In this document: positions 45,276 through 58,514 of the stretch, piece by piece | Layout: the number at the start of each line of letters is the position of its first letter | Position numbering within the stretch: the stretch's first letter is position 1 | Assembly (NCBI GenBank): GCA_964016885.1 | Contig: OZ024743.1 | Coordinates: 41,230,001 to 41,294,000 of the forward strand | Reading direction: 5' to 3' | DNA: 64,000 bases | Origin: Eledone cirrhosa | Taxonomy: Eukaryota | Notes under the pieces: model-generated | Seen by the model: only the letters and a program-made list of their open reading frames with translations | Told to the model about the DNA's origin: nothing | The model's database searches: none | Translations under genes and position numbers: made by a program

Positions 45276-45550
45276 AGGTCACCAGTTGGTGCTACTGGTA
45301 ACATGTATCCCAGTACAACCTGTCTCATGGTCGGGTCGTAGGCGACTAAACTGGCAACCCCACCAAGGTTTCTTGGTGAGGTGGGTGACTTTGGACATCC
45401 TGCAGGACTAAAAACAAAACCTGTCAAAGGGCAAAGGAGCTCTTAAGAGTCAATGGCCATCCAAAATCACCTGGAGAGATGACCCCTTAGCCTTTGTGAA
45501 GGCAGAATTCTAGGAGAAGGAAAACTCTGATATAACACCTGCAACCCTGA
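45272..45550 (+). mobile_element. Probable RTE-type 5' UTR-derived repeat
   Basis: gtcgtaggcgactaa and ctaggagaaggaaaactctgat resemble RTE 5' regions (recalled, not searched). Confidence 0.4.
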
Positions 45551-45878
45551 TGGTACCCAATGATGTTGACTTGTTCTTCTTTTTGGTAAATATCATCTTG
45601 GTTAAGAGAGTGGGACTGGCTTTGTGCAGTGCCTTTGCTCACTATAAAAGCTTCACGGCACAGGCATTGCTTTATATCTGGAGATCTCTCTGCACTTGTC
45701 GTCACATGATACCATGGGCCCAGCACTATGTGCCAATAATTGTCACAAGTATGGTGTTTGTACCAGAGTTTTCAAGTCGCTGGCTGTACTAAAAAGTCAC
45801 ACTCGTTCAGCGCATCGGTAGGGGTTCTCCTACATGGATATAAAGTAGTGGCCGTACTCGGAAACGAGTTGGCAGCCA

Positions 45879-45957
<79 letters not shown>

Positions 45958-45966
45958 TATATATAA

Positions 45967-46100
45967 TGAGTATTGTTACTGTGGAGTTTCATTTGCTTAT
46001 CACAGGTTCATCAGAAAAGAACTATTCTTGTATGATGACCCTATGTGAAACAGGCGAATCTCTAGAGTAACAAGACTCACTGTGTAACCACAATAAAATG
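45967..46100. mobile_element. Foldback+tail insert with a decayed hammerhead on each arm
   Basis: Right arm TCTTGT-aTGATGA..CAGGC-GAAt-CTCTAGAG-TA-ACAAGA; the left arm (reverse complement) keeps CTGATGA and GAAACTC. Confidence 0.6.
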
Positions 46101-46757
46101 AAAATATACATGACATGTATGCGTGTGTGTGTCTAAATGTATATATATATGCATACATATGTGTATATAGAAAGAAAGAGACAAATAAAAAGAAACAGAA
46201 CTAGAGAGGCAGAATGATTCAGATATATGAAACACTTGCAAACATAGACATGTACAACATCTTTACACGCACGTGAGTGAATTCCTCTAGATCTATCAAT
46301 AAGCCTGTCTGCATGTGGGTGCGTGTGCACATGTACAGACAAAGTTGATAGACATATTCAAATCAAGGACAGTAATCCAATTTTAGAGATTACCAAACAT
46401 GGAAGCACGTTATATATTAAGAGAAACCTTTAAACGTCGTGGCTATAACAATTGAATATCTTTTTTCTTTACTTCAGTTTAAATCTCTCATTATCGTCAC
46501 TCCATCATTTTCATCTCTCTCCCTCACTCTCAGTCACTCACTTTCTTTCTTTCATTTAATCTCCTCTTGTAGCCCTCGCTATAACCCTCTCTTGTAACCA
46601 TCTTTAGCTCTATGTACCGCTCTCTATTTTCGTACTCTCCTTCATATAATCCTTACTGTCATTTTCTACATACAGTCATCTCTTATTTCATTCCTTGAAG
46701 CTTACTTTCTGCATATCTTTGAATACTATTCCTCCGTTTTTTATATCCTACTTCGTC

Positions 46758-46823
<66 letters not shown>

Positions 46824-47027
46824 TCACATATAACCTTTAATCTCCCATTCCCATTAATCTCCTCATTCCCTACTAAAGTCTCCACCAACACCACTTCTCC
46901 TCTGTGTTATGAGTAAACCAATATGTTAGTCATTTAGTTTGGCATTTGAAAGGTAAGGAAGGACACTGAATGAATTACAACTAAAAGGAACAAACCACAC
47001 TAACGGAATGACTGACTATAACTCATT

Positions 47028-47066
<39 letters not shown>

Positions 47067-47109
47067 AATACATACATATATATAAATAAACACATACACA
47101 CACATATAT

Positions 47110-47180
<71 letters not shown>

Positions 47181-47182
47181 AG

Positions 47183-47325
47183 TATTAAATTAACAAATTA
47201 AAGTTTAAGCAAAGAATCGCTGCTTTCACCCTTAATGGGATCTTCTGAAACTATTTGCTCTACGGTTCTTATATATTTGATATATATTTATCCTTATCGA
47301 GCCCTCTTTGGATTTTAGTCTTCGA

Positions 47326-47327
<2 letters not shown>
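47183..47327. mobile_element. Family A insert: inverted pLTR piece (47183-47251) plus direct tail (47252-47327)
   Basis: Matches the reverse complement of 30881-30949, then 30953-31026 direct. Confidence 0.85.
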
Positions 47328-47357
<30 letters not shown>

Positions 47358-47486
47358 ATATATATATATATATAATATATATATATGTATATAAATATAT
47401 ATATATATACATATATATATATAATATATATATATATAATATATATATATGTATATAAATATATATATATACATATATATATATAT

Positions 47487-47579
<93 letters not shown>

Positions 47580-47581
47580 AT

Positions 47582-47632
<51 letters not shown>

Positions 47633-47641
47633 TATATATAA

Positions 47642-47738
<97 letters not shown>

Positions 47739-47739
47739 C

Positions 47740-47792
<53 letters not shown>

Positions 47793-48236
47793 TATATAAT
47801 ATATATATATATATAATATATATATATAATATATATATATATAATATATATATATATATAATATATATATATATATAATATATATATATATAATATATAT
47901 ATATATATAATATATATATATAATATATATATAATATATATATAATATATATATAATATATATATATATATAATATATATATATAATATATATAATACAT
48001 ATATATATATATAATATATATATATAAAATATATATATAATATATATATATAATATATATATATAATATATATATATATAAAGTATATATATAATATATA
48101 TATATATAATATATATATATAATATATATAATATATATATATAATATATATATATATATAATATATATAATATATATATATATGTAATATATATATATAA
48201 TATATATATAATATATATAATATATATATTTATAAT

Positions 48237-48283
<47 letters not shown>

Positions 48284-48429
48284 TATAATATATATATATA
48301 TATAAAATATATATATAATATATATATATAATATAAATATATATATAAAATATATATATAATATAAATATATATATAAAATATATATATAATATATATAT
48401 ATAATATATATATATATAATATATATAAT

Positions 48430-48481
<52 letters not shown>
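47328..48481. repeat. (TA)n array with TAA interruptions
   Basis: Directly visible. Confidence 0.95.
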
Positions 48482-48485
<4 letters not shown>

Positions 48486-48690
48486 AAAAGAGTTAGGACC
48501 CAGACGGCTGAGCCCTGGACGTTTCGACAGCTAGATCGGACCTCTAGATTTGGGATCTAGCTGTCAAAACCAACGGAGCTCAGCCGTCTGGGGCTCCTGA
48601 CTCTTTTCCTATTACCCAAGCTACTACCCTGAGAATTGAGTACTCTGGTGCGTTATGGTCCACCTGGTATCTTTCCACGCCGTCTTTGTT
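48482..48690 (+). mobile_element. Family C foldback+tail insert in (TA)n
   Basis: About 55 bp arms taggaaaagagttaggacc..gacagctagatc / gatctagctgtc..cctgactcttttccta, then tail ..attgagtactctggtgcgttatggtccacctgg..tttgtt. Confidence 0.8.
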
Positions 48691-48702
48691 ATATATATAT
48701 AT

Positions 48703-49429
48703 ATTTAATAAAATAACAGATTAAAGTTTAAGCAAAGAATCGCTGCTTTCACCCTTAACGGGATCTTCTGAAACTAACAAAGTCAATCTGTAAACGCAGA
48801 AGTGGATATTTCAAAAAACGTTGCAACCGGAGGAACACAGGAAGACGATACTTTGGTTCGTGGAAACGTTCCCTGGCAAAGAAGGGGAAACAACGAATAT
48901 TATACGTCATTAATAGGAGCGGTGAAAAACAATTACGCGCATAGACAGAACCACGTCTATGGTATAAAAGAAGTCGTAGACTAATGTTCGCTTAGGTGGT
49001 TCATAGAGACCATTTCTGGCAATGAACGGAAAAAACGAAGATAATACGTCGTATGTGGAGCATAGAGAACAATTGCACGCAAAGACAAAACCACGTATAT
49101 GGTATAACTGAAGTTGTAGACTAAAATTCTAACTAGGAAACCGAATGAATCTCCGCTTCAGAGTTAAGAATAAAGTAAATAAAATACAATACAGAATTAA
49201 TAGAAATTAAATAAATACATACACGCATGCAAATACGTACATACACAAGCATACGCGAAAACACTTGCCATAGGTATACAAAACCACGCACATATAAATA
49301 TGTGTGTGTGTGTATGTGTGTGTGTGTGCGTGTATACACATATTTGCTCTACGGTTCTTATATATTTGATATATATTTATCCTTATCGAGCCCTCTTTGG
49401 ATTTTAGTCTTCAAATTTATTTTTATTAC

Positions 49430-49431
<2 letters not shown>
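48703..49431. mobile_element. Family A insert: inverted 3' UTR/pLTR (48703-49338) plus direct tail (49340-49431)
   Basis: Reverse complement of about 30335-30952, followed by the direct atatttgctctacgg..ttactat tail. Confidence 0.9.
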
Positions 49432-49466
<35 letters not shown>

Positions 49467-51607
49467 GTGTGTGTATAGTTGGATGTGGGGAGAAGAGAAC
49501 GTGTGCATGTATGCATGTGTGCAAGTGTTTGTGTATTTACGGGAAAAGGAATGCGTGAAGATAATTGAAATTAGGAGGGTATATAGATAAATATATAGGT
49601 AAGTTGTCGGTGTGGTGGGCGGATTGGTTAGGAGGGAGGTAGATAGGTAGAGTTGTAGATAATTAAGTATATAGAGAAATGGGTAGGGTAGACATGTAGG
49701 TAGTTTGGTAAATATGGTAAATAGTTAAGAGTAACAGCTGTGAAGAACATTAAATGTTAAGAGGAAATGCCGAAGCAACATATCGAAGATTGGTGTACAA
49801 AAAATATTTTTTGTGGGCGGAAATTTTCCAAAATAAAATTTCAAGAAAATTGTAAAGAAATTGTGCAATACTTTTGATTGCCAGAGCATAACTGCTTCTG
49901 AAATAACCAGATCAAAAATCCATCTGTGAGAGCCATATCATAAATGACTCTCCGATGGGAAGATCATAGTTGTATACATAATTCACCGCAAAATCTCGAC
50001 CGTTACCAAGTTCTTCCTTTAGACCGTGGTGTCACGCTGTTTTGTAAACAGGTTTTATTTTTATTTTGTATTTTTCTTCTATTTATAACTTGAGGTTTAA
50101 ATTTATAGAGATATTTCTTCTGGCTCGGTGTGCTCTGGTTTCAAATCTCGCCAGATTCAACTTTGCCTTTAATATTTCCATGTTCGATATAACTCCCTTT
50201 ATCCAGCTTTCGAGTTCTAGATGTCCCCCGAGATCAAAGTAGGAAGGGTCGTGGGGGGCGTCTATATCTTCTAATGACAGTTATGGATACCTAAAACCTC
50301 TTACGAAACCATCATGCATTCTCTCAAGTCATACTACATTGCTTGTGACAGCTATAGTTTTAATTAATAATCTCAGAATACGAAAGTGGCAATACAAATG
50401 AGAAATATTAGCATTTTATGTAACACCAATATTAACATCATATTTGTATTGATTATTGATTACTAAACTGTTGGCTCACCGCATATTTGTTCGTCGGATT
50501 TCTGTGTGCTTCATATTTTTAGCAAAATTGTTTGTTAACGTTCTCTCACTCTGTTAACTCTATATTAATGGTCATTAAGGATCGCAAAGTGACATGAATT
50601 TGTTTCAGGTTTCTTTCATTCTATGGTGTAACAATACAGGGGAATGACGACGTGGATAAAGTACCGCACAAATATCCTTATGATATTTAGTTACGTTTCA
50701 CTACAGGTTTGACTTTGCTTTTTAAAAAGATTTCTTCGGAAAGATGATTAAAGAAATATTGTGGGTGATGCGTTGGGATTGATTCAAGCAACATCTGTTT
50801 ATTGGTTTCTTTAGAAATCTGAGTTTCTGTGCCAATGAAAGAAATTCATTTTCTCATTTGAATGGAACAATATTTCATTTGAGATGTCTCAGCTACATCA
50901 TTGAACTTGAATCCCAGTATAAAAGGCGAATAACCACAAACCACAGCCGCATTTTTATTTTTAGAAATTATTGAAAAATACCCCATAATAACAGAGAATT
51001 AATGCAAATAAATAAGTGACAACGATAGCTGAAATATGAAAACACCTAGGGAGCGATGGGGCTATTTATGACAAGAAATTCATGTAGTTTTGGTGTCAAA
51101 TAATAACAGTGAAGGAAGCAGTTGTTGAAGCTGGTTGTAACTGCAGAAATGCATAAAAAAGTGATGTATGTGGCAAAACTAGAAACTAGAAAATTGAATA
51201 AAACAATGGTCGCTGATAGCAGGTCTGACAGAAATTGTACGGAAGAAAAAATGAAGGACTATATTAGGAGAAGAAAAGCAAAAATATTAAGTTTACGGTA
51301 ATTGAAGGAGAAAAATAGAATAGATATCAGAGGAATGGGATAAAAAAAGACACCAAATAGATGAAAACTTTTCTGAAAAAATAATAAAAATAGTTAAATA
51401 CAAAGTGGGGCTGTAAAATATGAGAAACGCAGACATACGTAGGAAGAATTAGGTAGGGTGAGGTACAAGAAAGAATGTTGGAGAGATGGAGATATAAATA
51501 ACAATGGAGAAGGATGGAGTGGCTTGGAGAGAGTAGGAGGGAGAATGGGAGAGAGAAGAAAAACAAGCCCCTAACAAATGCAGGACAACATAAAGGTAGT
51601 TTGCTGT

Positions 51608-51636
51608 TATAGTAGTAGTAATAGTAGTAGTAGTAA

Positions 51637-51701
<65 letters not shown>

Positions 51702-51745
51702 ATAGTAGTAGTAGTAATAGTAATAGTAGCAGTAGTAGTAGTAGT
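51608..51745. repeat. (TAG)n microsatellite
   Basis: Directly visible. Confidence 0.95.
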
Positions 51746-51974
51746 CGTGGTAATGATAACAGCTGTAGCAGCAGAATTAGTATTTGTAAGTGAAGCAGTA
51801 GAAGCAGTATTAATAGTAACACTAACATTAATATTATTGGTTACAGTAGTAGTAATAATGGTGCAACTACTATTACCATCACTAGCACCAACAATACCTC
51901 CACCCGACAACATAACGGCTATCACTACTAAAACCACCGCAACTACCACCATCACGAACAGAACTACAATGTGT

Positions 51975-52212
51975 TCACCAACGCCATCAATCCTACCATC
52001 AAAAAAAAAAAAACGCCAACCTCACCGCCATCAATCCTACCATCACAAAAAAAAACGCCAACCTCACCGCCATCAATCCTACCATCACAAAAAAAAACGC
52101 CAACCTCACCACCATCAATCCTACCATCACAAAAACAAACGCCAGCCTCACCGCCATCAATCCTACCATCACAAAAACAAACGCCAACATCACCGCTATC
52201 AATGCTACCATT
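51975..52212. repeat. 42 bp minisatellite, about 5.5 copies
   Basis: Unit cgccaacctcaccgccatcaatcctaccatcacaaaaaaaaa. Confidence 0.9.
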
Positions 52213-52578
52213 CGACATTACCTCCAGCTTCATTACCACCACCACTAATATTACTACTAACATCTATAGTAGAATGTTACCCAATTAAAATGTAATTTGC
52301 TTGCAGTTTCCACTGTCTGTTCTCATAGACTTGGTTTTGATGGTACAGCAGTGTGGAAAGTGGTAGTGTTAGTGGCAGCAAAACGTGCGTGTGCAGTTTC
52401 ATATACACACTCACACACAACTACATATTATGCACTTTGTAAGTATGTATGCATGTATGTATGTTTGTATGTATGTATGATGTATGCATGTATGTATATG
52501 AGTATGTCTGTATGTATGTATATGAATATGTCTGTATGTATGTATCTATCTATATACATATAAATATACATACATACA

Positions 52579-52644
<66 letters not shown>

Positions 52645-53527
52645 CACCGCATGTATAAGGTTACGGTTGTTGGGAGGTGGAGTAAAACGTAAATTAAATG
52701 GTGGAAGGTAGTTAGTTTCGAGCGTAGTCTTAGGGTACACACACACTCACACACTCACACACTTTGACACACACACACACTCGATACACATACACACACA
52801 TATAGATAAGGCAAAAATTGCACACGAAAGAGAAACGTGTACGTAGGGCGAACAAGATGCGTTTTAACTGATCGTCAGCCACCGGCTGGGTATTATAAAT
52901 TCGTGCATATTATCACCATCATAATTTTACATTCGTTCACCACGCCGATATGGTATGGACGTGTCGATATGGTATGGACGTGTTGACAAGTTCCTCGATC
53001 AGACGTGTCCGTGTGACCTCCTCTTGCTTATACCTTCCCTATTTGTTGTAGTTTCTACGGCTGGATGCCCTTCCTAATGCCAACCAATTTATATAATGTG
53101 CTGAGAGATTTTTTTCATGGTGACAGCACTACAACTTTTCAGACTGTACTTGTGGAGGAATTGATTGAGGTGAGGTTTGTTGCTATAGCAACTCTGTTAC
53201 TAATACTACTATATATATTTGAAGATGTCTTCTATTTGTTGGAGCTGAAACTATGCAGATGACTATAATTACTAATAGAGTAAGTCGGTAAAGTAGTCCT
53301 AAAGACGGGAAAAAGGGGAAAGTAATATATGCTGGAATCGACCTTGTCATTTGCTGAATATACGTGAGAGTGAGAGAGAGGGAGATAAATCGAGAGAGAG
53401 AGAGACTGTGTGTGTATGTGAGAGAGAGAGAGAGACTGTGTGTATGTGTGAGAGAGAGAGAGACTGTGTATGTGAGAGAGAGATAATGTGTGTGTGTGTG
53501 AGAGAGAGAGAGAGTGAGAGAGAGACG

Positions 53528-53563
<36 letters not shown>

Positions 53564-53608
53564 CTGTGTGTATGTGTGAGAGAGAGATAGAGAGAGAGAG
53601 ACTGTGTA

Positions 53609-53660
<52 letters not shown>

Positions 53661-53829
53661 GCGATGTGATCGTAACGAGAGGCTGGATATTTTTAATTAA
53701 ATGTAATTAGTGCTAGTGTTAACGGTGAATGTAGAATGGCAGTGATTGGTGATAGTTGAAGTTGCTACTTCTGTTGTTCATTACAGCCATATACATAGCA
53801 TAACACCAGATTCCCTGACCCAGTAAGAT

Positions 53830-54135
53830 GATTGTTTTTACTTTTGGCACAAGGCCAGCAATTATCCCAGTGCATTACTGGTACTCTATTTTATCGACCC
53901 CGAAGGATGAAAGGCAAAGTTAGCCTCGGCAGGATTTGAACTCAGAAGGGCAAGGGCCGTAACTCTATGCATCAAAGCATGATGTCCGACCCTCTACCGA
54001 TAATATCAATCTACTGACCCAGTAACATAATTGTTTCTACTTTAGGCACAAGGCCAGCAATTACCCAGTGCATTACTGGTACTTTATTTTATCGACCCCG
54101 TAAGGATGAAAGGCAAAGTCAACCTCGGCGGGATC
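53830..54135 (-). mobile_element. Two tandem Nin-domain-like SINE copies
   Basis: attgtttt..ggcacaaggccagcaatta..actggtact..ttttatcgacccc..aggatgaaaggcaaagt..cctcggc occurs twice; the first copy has box B (gatttgaactc). Confidence 0.75.
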
Positions 54136-54782
54136 CCAGTAACATAATACTGGGTAAATATGCTTTGAAATTACTAGAGGTTGTTTTCAGGACTCGAATA
54201 GATGTCATCGAAGAGCTACTCAATCAGGCTTCACCATTAACTAAATGCGCGAGAGTTTAAGATTAATAGATGTAACTGTACTGATGGTCAGGTAAAACTG
54301 TTCAAATTATTCACATCACACTGTCTGCATTTCTGTTACAACTGATTAATAACATTAACTATAAATGAATTTTCAATGATGAAGTGAAAGTAATTTGATA
54401 TAAGCAAATCCCAAGACTCAATATTCAGCAACCTAACGCTGCAAAATGTTTCAAATAATTTCTAAAATGTGCCTATATATGTTTATACCCGCGCCAGATA
54501 TAGAAAGTGAAATGTTAAAATAAATACCTGAAAGAGACACAATGAAACATGGGATATAAATTTACAGCATATTTAGTGTAATAAAAATCTGTATATCACT
54601 ACGCTTCTCAAGAACTGAGTGCTCTTCCAGCTTTGAATGTCTGTTACGCACACAACGCAACACAACGCAACACATTCACACACAATACAACACACACACA
54701 ACACAACACAATACAACACACACACACATAACACAACACAGTACAACACACACACACACACACACATACATTTCTCATTCTT

Positions 54783-54818
54783 TCTTCTGATGAAGGACAA
54801 GCGTCCGAAATTTTAAGA
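54783..54818 (+). ncRNA. Minimal hammerhead-like motif
   Basis: tctt-CTGATGA-a-GGAC-aagc-GTCC-GAAA-tttt-aaga; stem III is degenerate. Confidence 0.45.
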
Positions 54819-55580
54819 CCCTCTACGTGCTATTTCAACATATATATATATATATATGCGTGTGTGTGTGTGGGGGGGGGGGTATGTGAATTAAAACTGT
54901 ATTGAGTATCACGCTCGTTTCACGTCTGTTTGTTCATACTTGTATGGTTTCGACGGAAGCCAGAACTTAATAATTATGTGTGCCAGTAAGGAATGGAGAG
55001 AACATCACCACCCCTTGCCAAGACGCCTGTCCAAGAACAGTTTATGTCCAACTGTTTTTCCTGATGATTTTACACCACACAAACATAGGACTGGAGCTGC
55101 AGGTAAAACAAACTAAAAGGAAAACGAAATAAAAGAAAGAAAACCAAAGTGTTTAAATTCCTGCGGTCACAGGGTTATATCTATGAAAACCATGGACATA
55201 TCCACTATACAATGTTTGCAAACAAGTACACAGGCATATGTATGGACTCTGACAAACCTATGTGTGAGGGAGTCAATGTGATTATTGATGAGTTAATAAA
55301 CGCATGTATCTAGGCATGTGCATATGCCCGTAGATGTTTGTTACGTTTGCCTTCCTTGTATATAGTTGCTATATATGTCTCTACAGCTGGTCTACTAGAC
55401 ACTGAAGTAATCTATTCAACAGAATATCCTTCGTTGTGTCGTTATCCATGTAACTTAAAATACACTGAAACATATACAAGAAAGATAGGGAGAGATAAAC
55501 AGATGGTGGACTCAATAAGGGCCAATTGGTTTCAGAATACAACGTACACATACATACACACATGTTCACACACACACGCG

Positions 55581-55647
<67 letters not shown>

Positions 55648-55790
55648 GTATATACACAGGGATATCCACGGTAAGTTGTGGGGTCTAGTCTGCATGAAGA
55701 ACTCAATGTAATCCATATGTTGAAAATGTTGTAGGTTAAAATAAATCCCGGAAAAGAACATTAAAAGGAAAACAGAGTCATGATATACGT

Positions 55791-56135
55791 TGAAACAGTG
55801 AAATAAAAATGTAAGTCATTAGAAATATATTTCACTGCTTTACGATCGTTTCTAGATGTTGATAATACACATCGTAACCATACTTCGTTATCGATCTAGG
55901 TAAGGTTAGTAACAAAATATCAAATAAGGAAAATATTTACACACATGTATATCACCAGCTGTTGTCAAAAGCTTTTATACATGTAAGTAAATATTTTCCT
56001 TATCTGATATTTTGTAACTAACCTTACATAGATCGATAACGAAGTATGGTAACGTTGTATTATCATCACCTAAAAACGATCGTAAAGCAGTGAAGTATAT
56101 TTCTAATGACTTAAATTTTTATTTCATTGTCTTAA
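55791..56135. repeat. Long inverted repeat, ~160 bp arms
   Basis: cagtgaaataaaaatgtaagtcattagaaa..aaatatttac.acatgtata / tatacatgtaagtaaatatttt..ttctaatgacttaaatttttatttcattg; right end abuts (TA)n. Confidence 0.85.
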
Positions 56136-56137
56136 CT

Positions 56138-56199
<62 letters not shown>

Positions 56200-56443
56200 C
56201 ATATAATAGAATATAAAAGAAAAACGAACACAGACATATACATATATGTGTTCAAATCGTAAGGGACCGGTTTTGCTAAGGTGAAAAGAATACTAACTAT
56301 AGACAATTTTTGTTTTAAATTCTATTATAATATACGGCTCGGAAATATTTCTTTCTTAGAGCTATTTTGTTGTAAGAGACTATTTTGAGTTCCTAACTCA
56401 ATATACACCTTTGATACATCCCCCCCCCCACACACACACACAG

Positions 56444-56472
<29 letters not shown>

Positions 56473-56474
<2 letters not shown>

Positions 56475-57187
56475 GTAATAGTAATAAATTTGAAGACTAA
56501 AATCCAAAGAGGGCTCGATAAGGATAAATATATATCAAATATATAAGAACTGGAGAGCAAATATTTATTAAAATAACAGATTAAAGTTTGATCAAAGAAT
56601 CGCTGCTTTCACCCTTAACGGGATCTTCAGAAACTAAAAAAATTCAACCTATGAACGCAGAGGTAAATATTTCGAGAAAAGTTGCAAGACAAGAAGACGA
56701 TACGTTGGTTCGTAATTTATTTACATTATTCTTAACTCTGAAGCCGAGAATCATTCGGTTTCCTAAAAATAATTTTAGTCTACTTCTTCAGTTAAACCAT
56801 AGATGTGGTTTTGTCTTTGCGTGTAATTGTTCTCTACACTCCACATAATGACGTATTATCTTCGTTTTTTCCGTTCATTGCCAGGGAACGTCTCCACGAA
56901 CCACCTAATAGAATATTAGTCTACGATTTCATTTATACTATGAACGTGGTTTTGTCTTTGCGTGTAATTGTTTTCACCGCTCCAAATAATGACGTATTAT
57001 ATTTGTTTCTTTTTTTCGTTCTTTGCCAGGGAACGTTTTCACGAACCAAAATATCGTCTTGCTGTCTTCCTTTGGTTCCATCGTTTGTCGAAATATTTAC
57101 TTCTGCGTTCACAGATTGACTTTTTAGTTTCAGAAGATCCTGTGAAAGGTGAAAGCAGCGATTCTTTGCTTAAATGTTAATCTGTTA

Positions 57188-57194
<7 letters not shown>
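56473..57194. mobile_element. Family A insert: inverted piece with tail (56473-56712) plus direct 3' UTR/pLTR without tail
   Basis: Homology to 30470-31043 in both orientations; TA-flanked. Confidence 0.9.
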
Positions 57195-57246
<52 letters not shown>

Positions 57247-57252
<6 letters not shown>

Positions 57253-57593
57253 AATAGAAATTGATTGACATATAAATATATCTAAAATAAACATATGAAA
57301 CAATCACAGGGGATAAGTTGTAAAAGAGTGTAAGCAAACATAGCTATAAGGTATCTAATTTTGAAGTTCTAGTTAAACTTTATGTAGTTACCTACATAGC
57401 AATGTGTGCTTACACACTTTTACAAATTATCATCTGTGATTGTTTCATATGTTTATTTTAGATATATTTATATGTCAATCAATTTCTAGTTGATATAAAA
57501 TCCTCGGATCTATTCATTGGAATCATGGAGCATATTTTACGGGTGATATGGCGCATGTCTATCTGACATGACACTCTTAATTTAACTTAATTT

Positions 57594-57596
<3 letters not shown>
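57247..57596 (+). mobile_element. Foldback (~105 bp arms) + tail insert in (TA)n, unassigned family
   Basis: atatcaaatagaaattgattgacatataaatatatctaaaataaac.. / ..gtttattttagatatatttatatgtcaatcaatttctagttgatat, then a ~100 bp unique tail. Confidence 0.7.
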
Positions 57597-57633
<37 letters not shown>

Positions 57634-57638
<5 letters not shown>

Positions 57639-57866
57639 ATAAAATAAATTTGAAGACTAAAATACAAAGAGGGCTCGATAAGGATAAATATATATCAAAT
57701 ATATAAGAACCGTTGAGCAAATATTTATTAAAATAACAGATTAAAGTTTAAGCAAAGAATCGCTGCTTCCACCCTTAACGGGATCTTCTGAAACAGTTTC
57801 AGATTACCCTTTATGGGTGAAAGCAGCAATTCTTTGCTTAAACTTTAATCTGTTATTTTAATAAAT
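57634..57866. mobile_element. Family A insert: inverted pLTR with tail plus direct pLTR without tail
   Basis: Junction ctgaaac|agtttcag near 57795; TA-flanked. Confidence 0.9.
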
Positions 57867-58415
57867 ATATATATATATATACATGCACCTCCTACATACA
57901 CAGCTCATAGTCCTTTGACATTTCTTTTTACAACATTCCATTCACAATATTTTGGTGAAACCGCAGCTATTGTAGACTACATTCGCCCAACTTGGAGCAT
58001 AGTGGGACTGAAGAGAGAGGAGAGGTGATAGTAGATTGAATTTGTGTGTGTGTGTGTGTGTTTGCTGAGAGAGAGACACAAAAATAGTGAAAGGGAGACG
58101 AGGGGTATGCGAGGGAATGAGAGAAAACGATCGGTTAGAGAAAAATTCTCCCTTATGCCTCCCTTATTTCCTCTCATGTTCTCTATACTTTTCACGATAC
58201 TAATAGCTGTACTTGTGCGTATGTGAATGTGCATGTATCTGTTACCGAACATGCATGTATGTATGCGGTGAGTGTCTCTATATATTGATATGCTATAATG
58301 TATTAGTGTACATGCAATTTGCCAATGCCGGCATATACCTCTGAGTTACGTTACCTGTCGGTTGGTTTACTCGTAAACATTTTTCAGCCATTCTTTCCTG
58401 GAACATTCTAACCAC

Positions 58416-58474
<59 letters not shown>

Positions 58475-58475
58475 T

Positions 58476-58514
<39 letters not shown>

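Noticed and set aside
52860-52940. TATA-like tattataaat as a host promoter
   Set aside because: Such motifs are abundant by chance in this AT-rich DNA and no downstream exon is evident.
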